NCBI GenBank assembly: GCA_963764165.1
Contig: CAVXRD010000003.1
Location: 704,001 to 768,000, forward strand
Direction: 5' to 3'
Source: an uncultured Verrucomicrobiae bacterium
GTDB lineage: Bacteria; Verrucomicrobiota; Verrucomicrobiia; Limisphaerales; Palsa-1400
Length of the DNA: 64,000 nucleotides
Shown here: piece after piece, positions 22,701 to 30,922 of the stretch
How positions within the stretch are numbered: the stretch's first letter is position 1
Layout of the letters: each line of letters starts with the position of its first letter
Notes under the pieces: model-generated
The model's database searches: none
Told to the model about the DNA's origin: nothing
Seen by the model: only the letters and a program-made list of their open reading frames with translations
Program-made: the position numbers and the translations under genes

Positions 22701-25700
22701 TGGGCGTCCGCGCGGCCTGTTCATTGAACAATTGGGCGAGCGTCTTTTCGCGCGGGTATTCCAGTTGCGTGCGATTCCATTCATTCAGAATCGTCTCCGA
22801 TTCCGCCGGGGTCAAAATAGACAGCTTGGACAGGGGCTGTTCCGGCGCCGCGACCAGAGACTGCAGAGCGGTTTCCACATGCCCCAGCATCCGTTGCGCC
22901 GTGGCGCGATTGAACAAATCCGTTGCGTATTCCAATCGGAAAACCGGCCCCAGTTCGTTGTCAAGAAGGCAGAAACGCAGGTCGTATCCCTCCACGATGG
23001 ATGGCGCCTCGGTCGCGAAAAAGACCTGCGCAATCGGGTGATATGAAGAATCCGCCGATGGGCAAATTTGCGCGATGACGTCCTTGAACGGGATTTGCGA
23101 ATGCTGGACGGCGGCAGTTTTGGCGGTGCGAACGCGGTCGAGCAAATCACGGCCCGTCATTTCCGCGGCCATGCGAGTGCGGACCACGGCAATGTTGGCT
23201 TTATGGTCACTGCCCGTTTGCAAGCCAACCGGCAGATCGTCCTGCCCGGAATACCGGTTTAAAACGACATCGAGGGCGGCCAGCGCCAAGGCGGCCCGGT
23301 CGCCGGTTTCCATTTTTGACGCCAGCGAGCGCGGCAAAGGCCGGGTTTCTGTGGCCACCGCTTTGGATAATACCGCTGGACGAGTGCGGTCGGTGGGCAA
23401 TTCCAAAAGTGCGGGTGCGCCCGCCAGCTCACGCTTCCAGAAATCCATATCGAGTTCCCTGCTTTGCTCCAGAACTTTCTTCAGTTCGGCTGCTGTTTCA
23501 TCCACCCAGGGCTCCTCCAAAACCTTCTCATGGGCGCCCTGGACGATGGTGATATTGACTCCGCGGCGGGCGAAATCGCCCCAGCCGTAATCCTGCTCGA
23601 AAGAGCACCATAACGGGTGGCCCGGGCTGCGGAACAGGTGAACACGGCCTTCGTATGGTTTTGGATGAAACTTTCGCAAGGCCAGAATATGGCTTTGCCA
23701 CAATGCGCGCTGGTCAGCCGGAATGGTGGCAAGGTCAACCAGATTTTCCGCGTCATTGGCGGCCGAGCCATTGCCGCCGCCGCCAAGCAAACGGGAAAGC
23801 TTTTGTTTGACACGGCGCGTTTTCCAGAGAATGAAATCGTGGCGCTGGGCCGGGGTCCATTGCCGGCAGTAATCGGCCCAGTAAACCAGATTTTTGGCGA
23901 ACCGCAGCCCCCACGCAGGGGTATAACTGAATTGGGTGTAGCTCGAGTTCGGCGGAGCGCAATTGAGCAGCGCCAGCAAGGCGACTTTTTCGCCCTGCGC
24001 CTCGATTTGCCGCGCCATTTCAAAGGCCACGTTTCCACCGAAACAATATCCGCCGAGATAGTAGGGGCCGTGCGGCTGGATGCGGCGCATATCCTTGACA
24101 TATTGCGCGGCCATTTCCTCCATGGTGTCGAATTCCTGGTGGCCGTTCAGCCCGCGGGAACTCAATCCGTAGACAGGCTGGTCCGCGCCAAGCCGGCGGG
24201 CAAGATTCACGTAGCCCCAGAACATTCCGCCACCCGCTCCGTGGACGAGAAATAACGGAGGCTGTGTTCCCTTGGGCTGCAACTCGACAACAGACGTTCC
24301 GGCGGTGGCGCTTTCGTCGCGAATCTCGTCACGCACCACCACTGCCAGCTTCTCCACGGTCGCCGCGGTAAAGATCGCCGCGAGCGGCAGTTTTTTCCCG
24401 AAGGCCTTCTCAATGCGCGCGGAAACTTTGACGGCCAGCAGCGAATGGCCGCCCAGATCGAAAAAATTATCCTCGATGCCAACGGGTTCGACGCCCAGCA
24501 CGCTTTCCCAAATGCGGCACAGCTCCAATTCGACAGCGTCCCTCGGTGATGCGTATTTGCGCGTCAATGTGGGACGGGCGTGGTCCGGCTCCGGCAGGGC
24601 GCGGCGATCCACTTTCCCGTTGTGTGTCAGCGGAAGGGATTCGATTTGCACGAACGCCGAAGGAATCATGTATTCCGGAAGATGTTCGCCAAGAATGGCG
24701 CGCAACTGATTCGGCTTGGGCGCGAGTTTTCCATCCGGGACATAGTAGGCCACCAGGCGGGTCTGGCCGGCTCCGGAGCCGCAGACTTTGACCGCGCATT
24801 CGCGCACGCCAGGGCAGCGTCCCATCACGGCTTCGATTTCGCCCAACTCGATGCGATAACCGCGCAGCTTTACCTGGTTATCGATGCGGCCCAAATACTC
24901 GACGTTCCCATCCGGGAGCCAGCGGGCGAGGTCCCCGGTGCGATAGAGGCAGACACAGGGGCTGTCTGCGCTAAATTGATGAAGAACAAATTTCTCAGCG
25001 GTGAGCTCCGGACGATTCCAGTAGCCCTTGGCCAACCCGTCGCCACCGGTATACAACTCGCCCGGAACGCCAATTGGGACCGGATTGCGATTCGCGTCAA
25101 GTATATAAACCTGGGTATTCGAGAGCGGCTTGCCAATCGGCACGTTCGTCGCATTTTCTGGAATGTCGCGCAGGAGAGCGCAACAGGTGAATGTCGTGTT
25201 CTCGGTCGGGCCGTAACCATTGACGAGGCGGTGCGGCGGGCGGTCTTTGAGCACCGCGCGCACCCATCGCGCATCCAGCGCTTCGCCGCCGGCCATCACG
25301 GTCCGCATGGTGGCAAACGCGCCGGGAACCTCCGAGGCCACCTGGCTGAACAATGCCGAGGTCAGGAACATCGCGGTGATGCCCTGCTCGCGCAATTCCG
25401 CCGCAAAATCCTTCGGCGAGAGCGCAATGTCCGTTGCGATGCCGCGCAATTGCCCGCCGTTGAGCAGCGAGCCCCAAATTTCAAACGTCGCCGCGTCGAA
25501 AGACATGTTCGACACTTGGGCGATGCGGTCGGTCGCATCCAGCTGGATATAGTTCGTCTTGAAAACCAAACGATTCACGCCGAGATGCGGCACGGCCACG
25601 CCCTTGGGCTGGCCTGTCGAGCCGGAGGTGTAAATGATATAGGCGGTGTCCGTCGGCTTGGTGCGATTTGGAAGATTCTCGGCGCTCTCGCGCTGGATTT

Positions 25701-27555
25701 CGTCCGCATCGGCATCGAGGCAAATCGCGCGCAGGCCGCGATGCGGCAAGTGCCGCAGCAAGCTTTGCTGTGTCAATAATACACCGGTTCGCGTGTCGCT
25801 GAGCATGAAGGCCAGGCGTTCCTTCGGATAACGCGTGTCCATCGGAACATACGCCCCGCCCGCTTTCAAAATCGCCAGCAGCCCGATGATCATGCTGGGC
25901 GAGCGCTCCATGCAAATGGCGATGGGCGCGGCTGGGTCAAATTTCTGCCGCGCGATGACGCGGGCAAGCCGATTGGCGCTTTCGTTCAATTCGCCATACG
26001 TCATCGTCTCCCGGCCGAACACCAGCGCCACCGCGGCCGGCGTCGCCCGGGCCTGCGCCTCGAACAATTCGTGAATGCATTGCTGGCGCGGATAATCGGT
26101 CGCGTTGTCGTTCCATTCCACCAGCACGCGGCGGCGTTCGGCTTCGCCCAAAATCGGCAAATCCGAAAGGCGGCGCACCGGTTCGATCACCACGCTGCGA
26201 AGCAGATTCTCGTAATGCTCCAGCAGCCGTTCCATGGTCCCCTGCTCGAAAAGGTCGCAATCGTATTCCACCAAAGCCACCATTGAGCTGCCAAAATCCT
26301 GCACCACAAACGTCAAATCGAATTTCGCCGTCCCCGTATCGGTCTCGACGTGCTCCACCTGCAATCCCGGCAGCGTCATCGCGCCGTTGTTGACAGTCTT
26401 GGCCTGCAGCGCGAACATCAGCCGCGTGAAGGCCAGATGCGCCAGCGAGCGTTCCGGGCGAAGCGATTCCACGACGCGTTCAAAGGGCAAATCCTGATGC
26501 GCGTAAGCGCCGAGGGCCGCAGCCCGCACGCGCTGGAGCAATTCATCAAAGGTCGGGTTGCCCGCGAGGTTGGCGCGGAGCAAAAGCGTATTGACAAAGA
26601 ATCCGATGAGCCCCTCGGTTTCAAGGCTGTTGCGCCCCGACACCGGCGTTCCAACCACGACGTCCTCAAGGCTTGTGTAACGATGCACCAGCGCCTGGAA
26701 CGCGGCCATCAACACCATGAAAAGCGAGGACTGCCGTTCCGCGGACAATTGTTTCAAACGCGGGCCGAGGTCCGGGCTTAACCGGCGCGTCACCGTCCGT
26801 CCCCGAAAAGCCGGAGTGCGCTCGCGCGGCTTGTCAGTCATCAATTCCGTGATCGGCGGAGAGCCGGCCAGTTGCGTTTTCCAATATTGGAGCTGGTCCT
26901 GAACGGACTCGCCGCTGAGCTTCTGCTTTTGCCAGTCGGCGTAGTCGGAGTATTGAATCGGCAGCTCGGGCAATTGCGCTTTGCGGTTTTCGATTTGCGC
27001 TTTGTAAAATTCTTCCAGCTCGCGAAACAGCACATTCAGCGACCACTCGTCGGAGGCGATGTGATGCAGATTCAGCACCAGCATGTGATCGTTGGAGGCA
27101 AGGCGCACCAATGACGCCCGCAGCAGCGACTCCGTGCTGGCCAGATTGAACGGGCGGCGGACTTCTTCGCGGATCCATTTGTCCGCCTCCGCCGCATTGG
27201 GCATGTCCACGACGCGCAGCGCGAAATCGAATTGGTTCGAAATCACCTGCACCGGCGTTTCCGCCGAGCAAACGAAACGGGTGCGCAGCGTCTCGTGGCG
27301 CTTGATGATGTTCCTCAAGGACTGATCGAGAGCGATTACGTCCAGCGAGCCTGTCAGGCGCAGGACGGACGGAACATTGTAAAGGGGGCTGTTCGGATGC
27401 AGTTGATCCAAAAACCACAACCGCTGCTGGGCGAAGGAAAGCGGGCTTTGGTTTTCGCGGCGCGAGGCCTGCCGCAAGCGCTCGGCCAATCTGGCTCTTT
27501 TCTCTTCCGCGGTCTGTGCGGGCGCTGGTTCTACTGGGGAGGTAGAGGTAGTCAT
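16738..27555 (-). CDS. NRPS 3: C-A(Val/Ile)-T-TE(Cys)-partial C-A(Ala)-T-C-FkbH-T-TE(Cys)
   Basis: C motifs HHIASDE and HHAVSDG; two YTSGSTGQPKGV A domains; three GGHSL carriers; two GYCFG thioesterases; FkbH motifs LDCDNTLW, DDNPVE, QRTNQFN, LSCR; 3605 aa. Confidence 0.95.
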   Translation of the reverse strand: MTTSTSPVEPAPAQTAEEKRARLAERLRQASRRENQSPLSFAQQRLWFLDQLHPNSPLYNVPSVLRLTGSLDVIALDQSLRNIIKRHETLRTRFVCSAETPVQVISNQFDFALRVVDMPNAAEADKWIREEVRRPFNLASTESLLRASLVRLASNDHMLVLNLHHIASDEWSLNVLFRELEEFYKAQIENRKAQLPELPIQYSDYADWQKQKLSGESVQDQLQYWKTQLAGSPPITELMTDKPRERTPAFRGRTVTRRLSPDLGPRLKQLSAERQSSLFMVLMAAFQALVHRYTSLEDVVVGTPVSGRNSLETEGLIGFFVNTLLLRANLAGNPTFDELLQRVRAAALGAYAHQDLPFERVVESLRPERSLAHLAFTRLMFALQAKTVNNGAMTLPGLQVEHVETDTGTAKFDLTFVVQDFGSSMVALVEYDCDLFEQGTMERLLEHYENLLRSVVIEPVRRLSDLPILGEAERRRVLVEWNDNATDYPRQQCIHELFEAQARATPAAVALVFGRETMTYGELNESANRLARVIARQKFDPAAPIAICMERSPSMIIGLLAILKAGGAYVPMDTRYPKERLAFMLSDTRTGVLLTQQSLLRHLPHRGLRAICLDADADEIQRESAENLPNRTKPTDTAYIIYTSGSTGQPKGVAVPHLGVNRLVFKTNYIQLDATDRIAQVSNMSFDAATFEIWGSLLNGGQLRGIATDIALSPKDFAAELREQGITAMFLTSALFSQVASEVPGAFATMRTVMAGGEALDARWVRAVLKDRPPHRLVNGYGPTENTTFTCCALLRDIPENATNVPIGKPLSNTQVYILDANRNPVPIGVPGELYTGGDGLAKGYWNRPELTAEKFVLHQFSADSPCVCLYRTGDLARWLPDGNVEYLGRIDNQVKLRGYRIELGEIEAVMGRCPGVRECAVKVCGSGAGQTRLVAYYVPDGKLAPKPNQLRAILGEHLPEYMIPSAFVQIESLPLTHNGKVDRRALPEPDHARPTLTRKYASPRDAVELELCRIWESVLGVEPVGIEDNFFDLGGHSLLAVKVSARIEKAFGKKLPLAAIFTAATVEKLAVVVRDEIRDESATAGTSVVELQPKGTQPPLFLVHGAGGGMFWGYVNLARRLGADQPVYGLSSRGLNGHQEFDTMEEMAAQYVKDMRRIQPHGPYYLGGYCFGGNVAFEMARQIEAQGEKVALLALLNCAPPNSSYTQFSYTPAWGLRFAKNLVYWADYCRQWTPAQRHDFILWKTRRVKQKLSRLLGGGGNGSAANDAENLVDLATIPADQRALWQSHILALRKFHPKPYEGRVHLFRSPGHPLWCSFEQDYGWGDFARRGVNITIVQGAHEKVLEEPWVDETAAELKKVLEQSRELDMDFWKRELAGAPALLELPTDRTRPAVLSKAVATETRPLPRSLASKMETGDRAALALAALDVVLNRYSGQDDLPVGLQTGSDHKANIAVVRTRMAAEMTGRDLLDRVRTAKTAAVQHSQIPFKDVIAQICPSADSSYHPIAQVFFATEAPSIVEGYDLRFCLLDNELGPVFRLEYATDLFNRATAQRMLGHVETALQSLVAAPEQPLSKLSILTPAESETILNEWNRTQLEYPREKTLAQLFNEQAARTPTAEALVVGTKRFTYRELYERAATIAKSLQALGVGNQSLVGICLERSEDMVAGILGTLQAGGAYVPLDPTYPKARLAAIAQDAGLRVLLTRERFRELIPASKTQVLLVENIQPISDKTAPLNQAGPNDLAYVLYTSGSTGQPKGVALENRNAVAMVCWAKDAFLPEEYAGMLASTSMCFDLSVYEMFVPLCWGGKIILADNALALPGLPAASEVTLVNTVPSAMRELLRINGVPSSVKVVNLAGEPLATALVEQIYSKTSAKKVYDLYGPTETTTYSTGALRKTGEPATIGRPLANEQVYILDKQMQPLPVGMTGDLYIGGDKVARGYLNRPDLTAERFLPHPYKQGSRIYKTGDVARWREDGNLTYLGRSDHQVKIRGFRIELGEIEIALKANPAVAEVVVIAREDRPGEKYLAAYVVFNAGKTASVDDLRRCTRERLPEFMTPAQFVFLPKLPLTPNGKVDRRALPAPQAGQSEARTGLIAPRTDAEKKVAAAWSEVLGIKDIGATDHFFELGGHSLTAIQVISRLRESLGIELPLSCLFDAPTVEALAAGVDSGRWNHSNAPVPALEPISREGVLPASFMQDQLWFLNQLEPKSDAYNVPTAIRIKCALDVAALQKSLDLIIDRHEALRTTLHFVDGVLSEKIAPSLSVQVWVTEIPGADESKLAGVLQAEAHRSFDLERGPLIRARLARMSATDHALLIVMHHAVSDGWSLDVFFRELETSYRAIVSGNSAPNFAPLPVQYADFAQWQRRWLQGATEQRELAYWRQKLAGAPVAVELPTDSDNAEQTEAKVGRIAVELPQALSAEIVKLSQREGGTPFMVLMAALAITLHKWTGQTDMVLGTVVAGRNRREIEGLIGCFMNFLPLRFKISGAAAGFETLRAVKAEIIESQSHQDCPFEKIVESAKVERRPGCNPLYNVALLYQNTPDLPQFGEGITSAPIVVNTEAALLDLRFEANEMPAGLALTCEYKAGLFHQKSIEQLLASFQSVLQMLAEAPRTVIADVELKAPKRAQPETIAICGTFTAEPIEEPLRFWLDELEISARIKFAPYDQVFQQLLDSQSDLATNRNGLNVLLIRLNDWESNTGASGALTFGQAIKHHADEFVSAVQSAAARGGASMLVCFCPPSRMALAEPAKAEALKDLETALTVTLHGIDGVHVVTSAELSQKYPVADYDDPAGDELGRIPYTPLFFTSLATMLARKFHALRRPPCKVIALDCDNTLWSGVCGEDGPNGIRLEAGRVALQNFVLRQREAGKLLVICSKNDEADVEAVFAKGPAMPILREHISAWRVNWKSKSENIKSIAQELKLGLDSFVLIDDNPVECAEVEGNSPEVLALQLPEDVSAIPQFLDHCWAFDQLKTTAEDKGRAAMYQQNQLREQLQSQSTNFADFIAKLELQVDIAPAAPAQLARVSQLTQRTNQFNVNGKRRTESEVKQLAGVSEIWTVSVKDRFGDYGLVGAMIFSFSGQALVVDSFLLSCRALGRGVEHRMLQALGKAAAQHHSKWVNVPFERLPRNKPALDFLESIGTQFQQGGQYQFPPEFAAKVEFTPRSESPVAPASTEGKSTPAPGAVKKFTKCRAIAAELNDAAKIHQKIEARLALRPGAGGRYVAPQSQIERELCELWQKLLRVERVGTADDFFELGGHSLLAVRLFAQVEKMTGQKLPLVTLFQAPTIGQLAAVLSKAKSAVSHSVVIPIQPNGSKPPLFLVHGAGGDVLWGYANLLVHMDRDQPIFALRSRGQIGLEEFDTIEEMAAYYVQAIRAQQPEGPYYIGGYCFGGNVAYEMGRQLQAEGAQVALMALLDAAPVNVGYESVEWWKPQFFFLFARNTYYWLEDFKQVPARDRWRFVGRKIRSIGRKIAKRIKRKQGEAPVDLEEIIDPALFPENELKLWRKHLQALHRHVQQPCTGNLALFRTRGHPMLCSFAHDLSWGKLTTGEVSVRLIPGSHENIFMEPNVKTLAADLTAALKETQKTTTAENQPALLST

Positions 27556-30500
27556 TTGAGTTCCTTCTCATCCAATTCCAACAGCAACTCTTCAACTTCA
27601 CTGTCGGAAAGCTCGTCGATGCGATCCAAAAGACGCTGGGCTCGCGACGTTTCATTTCGGCGGAGTTCAATGCCAGGCTGCGAGGCAGTTTGCCGTTCCG
27701 CGGACACGACTTCGCGGGCCATTCCCGCGACGGTGGGCGATTCAAAAATGACGCGCACCGGCAATTCGATCTGCAATGCCTTGGCGATGCGGGACACAAT
27801 CTGCGTCGCCAGCAGGGAATGTCCGCCGAGGTGGAAAAAATTGTCGTTGATGCCGATCCGGTCCCGTCCGAGGATTTCACGCCAGATGTCCGCGAGCAAA
27901 ATCTCGGTCGGATTCCGCGGCGCTTCGCAGGCCTCGGCTTCCGCTTTTGCGAGTTCCTCGGGAGCGGGCAGCGCGCGGCGATCCACTTTTCCGTTGGGCG
28001 TCAGCGGCAGCTTGTCCATCGGCACGATATGCGACGGGACCATGTAGGATGGCAGCTTGATCGAAAGAAATTCGCGCAACTGAAGGCTGGCAGGCGACGT
28101 GTCCGCGCGCAGCACGACATAAGCGACCAACTGTTTCGTGCCCGAATGATCTTCCCGCGCCACCACCAGCGCCTCACGCACCGATTCATGGGTCATCAAG
28201 GCGGCCTCGATCTCACCCGGCTCAACCCGGAAGCCGCGAATCTTCACTTGTTCATCTTTGCGCCCGATGAATTCGACATTTCCATCTGGGAGCCAGCGCG
28301 CCAAGTCGCCGGTTCTATAGAGATGCTCCGGGCCGAACGGATTGTGGACAAATTTTGAATCCGTAAGTTCCGGACGATTCACATAACCGCGCGCGACGCC
28401 ATCTCCGCCGATGTAAATTTCCCCGATCGCGCCCTGGGCCACGGGCCTCATGGCAGCGTCCAAAATATAAATTTGCGTGTTCGCGATTGGCCGCCCAATC
28501 GGCACTGAGGCGCGGCCAGCCCAATTTTTTGGCACGCGATAGCAGCAGGTAAATGTCGTGTTTTCGGTCGGGCCGTAACCATTGATAAATTGCGTGTTCT
28601 TCAATTCCCGCACGGCCTTGAGCACATGCGGAACGGATAGCGCCTCGCCTCCGGCCAGCAGGAAACGCAGGCCCTGCAAGCTGGCCAATTGGTTGTCAAT
28701 CATTTGATTGAACCAGCCGGAGGTCAGCCAGAGGGTCGTGATTTTATGCCGCTGCACGAAATGGCCCAATTCCTCCAAGGACGGCATTTGCGGCGGATGC
28801 AAAACCAGTTTCGCGCCGTTGGCCAGGGCGCCCCAAATCTCAAAGGTCGACGCGTCGAACGAAAGAGTCGCCAATTGCAGAAAAACATCGTTTGGGCTGA
28901 ATTCGACAAAGTCCGTATTCCGCACCAAGCGCCCTATTCCGCGATGTGTCACGGCAACCCCCTTCGGCCGGCCAGTCGAGCCGGAGGTATACATGATGTA
29001 GGCCATATCCGTCGCTTTGGGCGCGCGGACTGGGCTGTTGCGGAGACGGCCGCCACCGACCGGCCAATTTGGATTGTCGAGGCAAAGAATCTGTTCGCCA
29101 GGGGCTGGAATGGCGCCACGGTAGCGTTCGCGGGTTACGACAAGGCTGGCCTTCGAGTCTTCCAGCATCATCGCATTGCGGGAAGCTGGATTGGCGGGAT
29201 CGAGCGGAAGATAAACCGCGCCCGTTTTCAAAATCGCGATGAGCGCCACAATCATGTCAAGCGAACGCTCGACGCAAAGGCCGATCACCGTCTCCACCCC
29301 TGCCCCGGCTTCGGTGAGTTTCGCCGCGACCAGGTTGGCGCGATGATTCAACTCGCCATAGGCGATTTCGCCATCTTCGCAGACCAGCGCAATGGCCGCC
29401 GGATTTTTGGCAACCTGCTTCTCGAAAAGCTCATGCGCGCAGGCGTCACGCTCGTATTCGTTCGCCGCACCCAACCCAAGCTTCATCGATTTCTCGCGCT
29501 CCGTGTCGGTTTCCAATTCAAATTCCGAAATGCGCAGCGCGGAATTCGCGAGAATATTTTCAACGAGAACGCGGTATTGCTTCGCCCAGCGCTCAATCGA
29601 GGGCGCGTCATACAAATCCGTGCTGTATTCGATGCGAATATCGAGATGGCGCCTCCCTTCCGTGACCAGCAGCGTGAAATCGAATTTCGCGGCGCCGCTC
29701 TCGAGTTCGACCCGACTGGCGTTCAAGCCAGGGATCGTCCAGCCGTCCGAAAAATCCCGCTGCAAGCCAAAAGCCACCTGGAAGAGCGAATTGGCGGCCA
29801 AATTCCGTTCACCGCCGAGGGCGCGGACGAGATAATGCAGCGGCGGTTGCTGCCCCGCGCCAGCGCTCATCGACGTCTCGCGAACGCGCTTGAGCAGCTC
29901 CGCAAAGGTGGGATTGCCAGCCAGACCGATCCGCAGGGCGCGAGTATTGACAAAGAAACCGATCAGGTTTTCGGTTTCCAATTCGTCGCGTCCCGAGAAG
30001 GGGGAACCAATCACCAAATCTTCCTGCAAAGTGGCGCGTTGAAGCAAAATGGCAAAGGCTGAAAGCAACACCTGGTAGACTGTCGAACCTTCTTTGCGCG
30101 CGAAATCCTTCAGTTTCGCCGCGAGCGGCTCGGGCCAGTTTGCGAACAGCGCCGTCCCGCGATGGCTCGTCATTGCCGGGCGCGGACGGTCTCCCGGAAA
30201 ACTGGTGAGCGGCGGTGCGCCGGCGAGCTGCTTCTTCCAAAATTCCACGCCTTCCCGCATCTGATCGCTCTGGGACATTTCGCGCTGCCACAGCGCGAAA
30301 TTGCCGTATTGAATCGGGAGTTCGGGAAGATCTGACTCACGGCCAGCGTCAAAGGTTTTATAAAGCGCCGCGAGTTCACGAAGGAAAACGCCCACCGACC
30401 ATGCATCGGAAATGATGTGATGCATGTTGATGGCGAGAAGATTCTTCCGGTCACTGACACGGAAAAGGCTCACGCGCATCAGCGGCTCTTGGGTCAAGTC

Positions 30501-30848
30501 GAAGGATTTTCTGGCATCCGCCCCGGCGAGACGGACCGCCTCGGCCTCACCGCTGGCCTGTAGCCGAAGATCGGTAACGGACAGCGGAAAAGGCTTGGGC
30601 GGAAAAACGATCTGGCAGGGCTTGCCATCCTTGGAACCGAGCGCGGTGCGCAAACTTTCGTGGCGGCGCACGATTTCGTTCACGGCATATTGCAGCGCGG
30701 ATAGGTTCAGGGCGCCATCGAGCCACCACGCCTCGGCGATATTGTAGGTTGCCGTGTTGGGCGTGGCTTGCTCAAAAAACCAGAGTCCCTCTTGTGGCCA
30801 TGACAGGGGGAGCACGCCTGCCATATTTTGAACCGATTGGTCCTGCAC
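27552..30848 (-). CDS. NRPS 2: C-A(Val)-T with acidic C-terminal docking helix
   Basis: HHIISDA, YTSGSTGRPKGV, code read as DAFWLGGTFK, GGHSL, tail IDELSDSEVEELL. Confidence 0.95.
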   Translation of the reverse strand: MQDQSVQNMAGVLPLSWPQEGLWFFEQATPNTATYNIAEAWWLDGALNLSALQYAVNEIVRRHESLRTALGSKDGKPCQIVFPPKPFPLSVTDLRLQASGEAEAVRLAGADARKSFDLTQEPLMRVSLFRVSDRKNLLAINMHHIISDAWSVGVFLRELAALYKTFDAGRESDLPELPIQYGNFALWQREMSQSDQMREGVEFWKKQLAGAPPLTSFPGDRPRPAMTSHRGTALFANWPEPLAAKLKDFARKEGSTVYQVLLSAFAILLQRATLQEDLVIGSPFSGRDELETENLIGFFVNTRALRIGLAGNPTFAELLKRVRETSMSAGAGQQPPLHYLVRALGGERNLAANSLFQVAFGLQRDFSDGWTIPGLNASRVELESGAAKFDFTLLVTEGRRHLDIRIEYSTDLYDAPSIERWAKQYRVLVENILANSALRISEFELETDTEREKSMKLGLGAANEYERDACAHELFEKQVAKNPAAIALVCEDGEIAYGELNHRANLVAAKLTEAGAGVETVIGLCVERSLDMIVALIAILKTGAVYLPLDPANPASRNAMMLEDSKASLVVTRERYRGAIPAPGEQILCLDNPNWPVGGGRLRNSPVRAPKATDMAYIMYTSGSTGRPKGVAVTHRGIGRLVRNTDFVEFSPNDVFLQLATLSFDASTFEIWGALANGAKLVLHPPQMPSLEELGHFVQRHKITTLWLTSGWFNQMIDNQLASLQGLRFLLAGGEALSVPHVLKAVRELKNTQFINGYGPTENTTFTCCYRVPKNWAGRASVPIGRPIANTQIYILDAAMRPVAQGAIGEIYIGGDGVARGYVNRPELTDSKFVHNPFGPEHLYRTGDLARWLPDGNVEFIGRKDEQVKIRGFRVEPGEIEAALMTHESVREALVVAREDHSGTKQLVAYVVLRADTSPASLQLREFLSIKLPSYMVPSHIVPMDKLPLTPNGKVDRRALPAPEELAKAEAEACEAPRNPTEILLADIWREILGRDRIGINDNFFHLGGHSLLATQIVSRIAKALQIELPVRVIFESPTVAGMAREVVSAERQTASQPGIELRRNETSRAQRLLDRIDELSDSEVEELLLELDEKELK

Positions 30849-30922
30849 GGTTTAAAGAGTAGGAATTTGCGGATTAAATAAACAGTAGGTGATGACCTAA
30901 CCTCGCATGGTGGAAACCCCGC

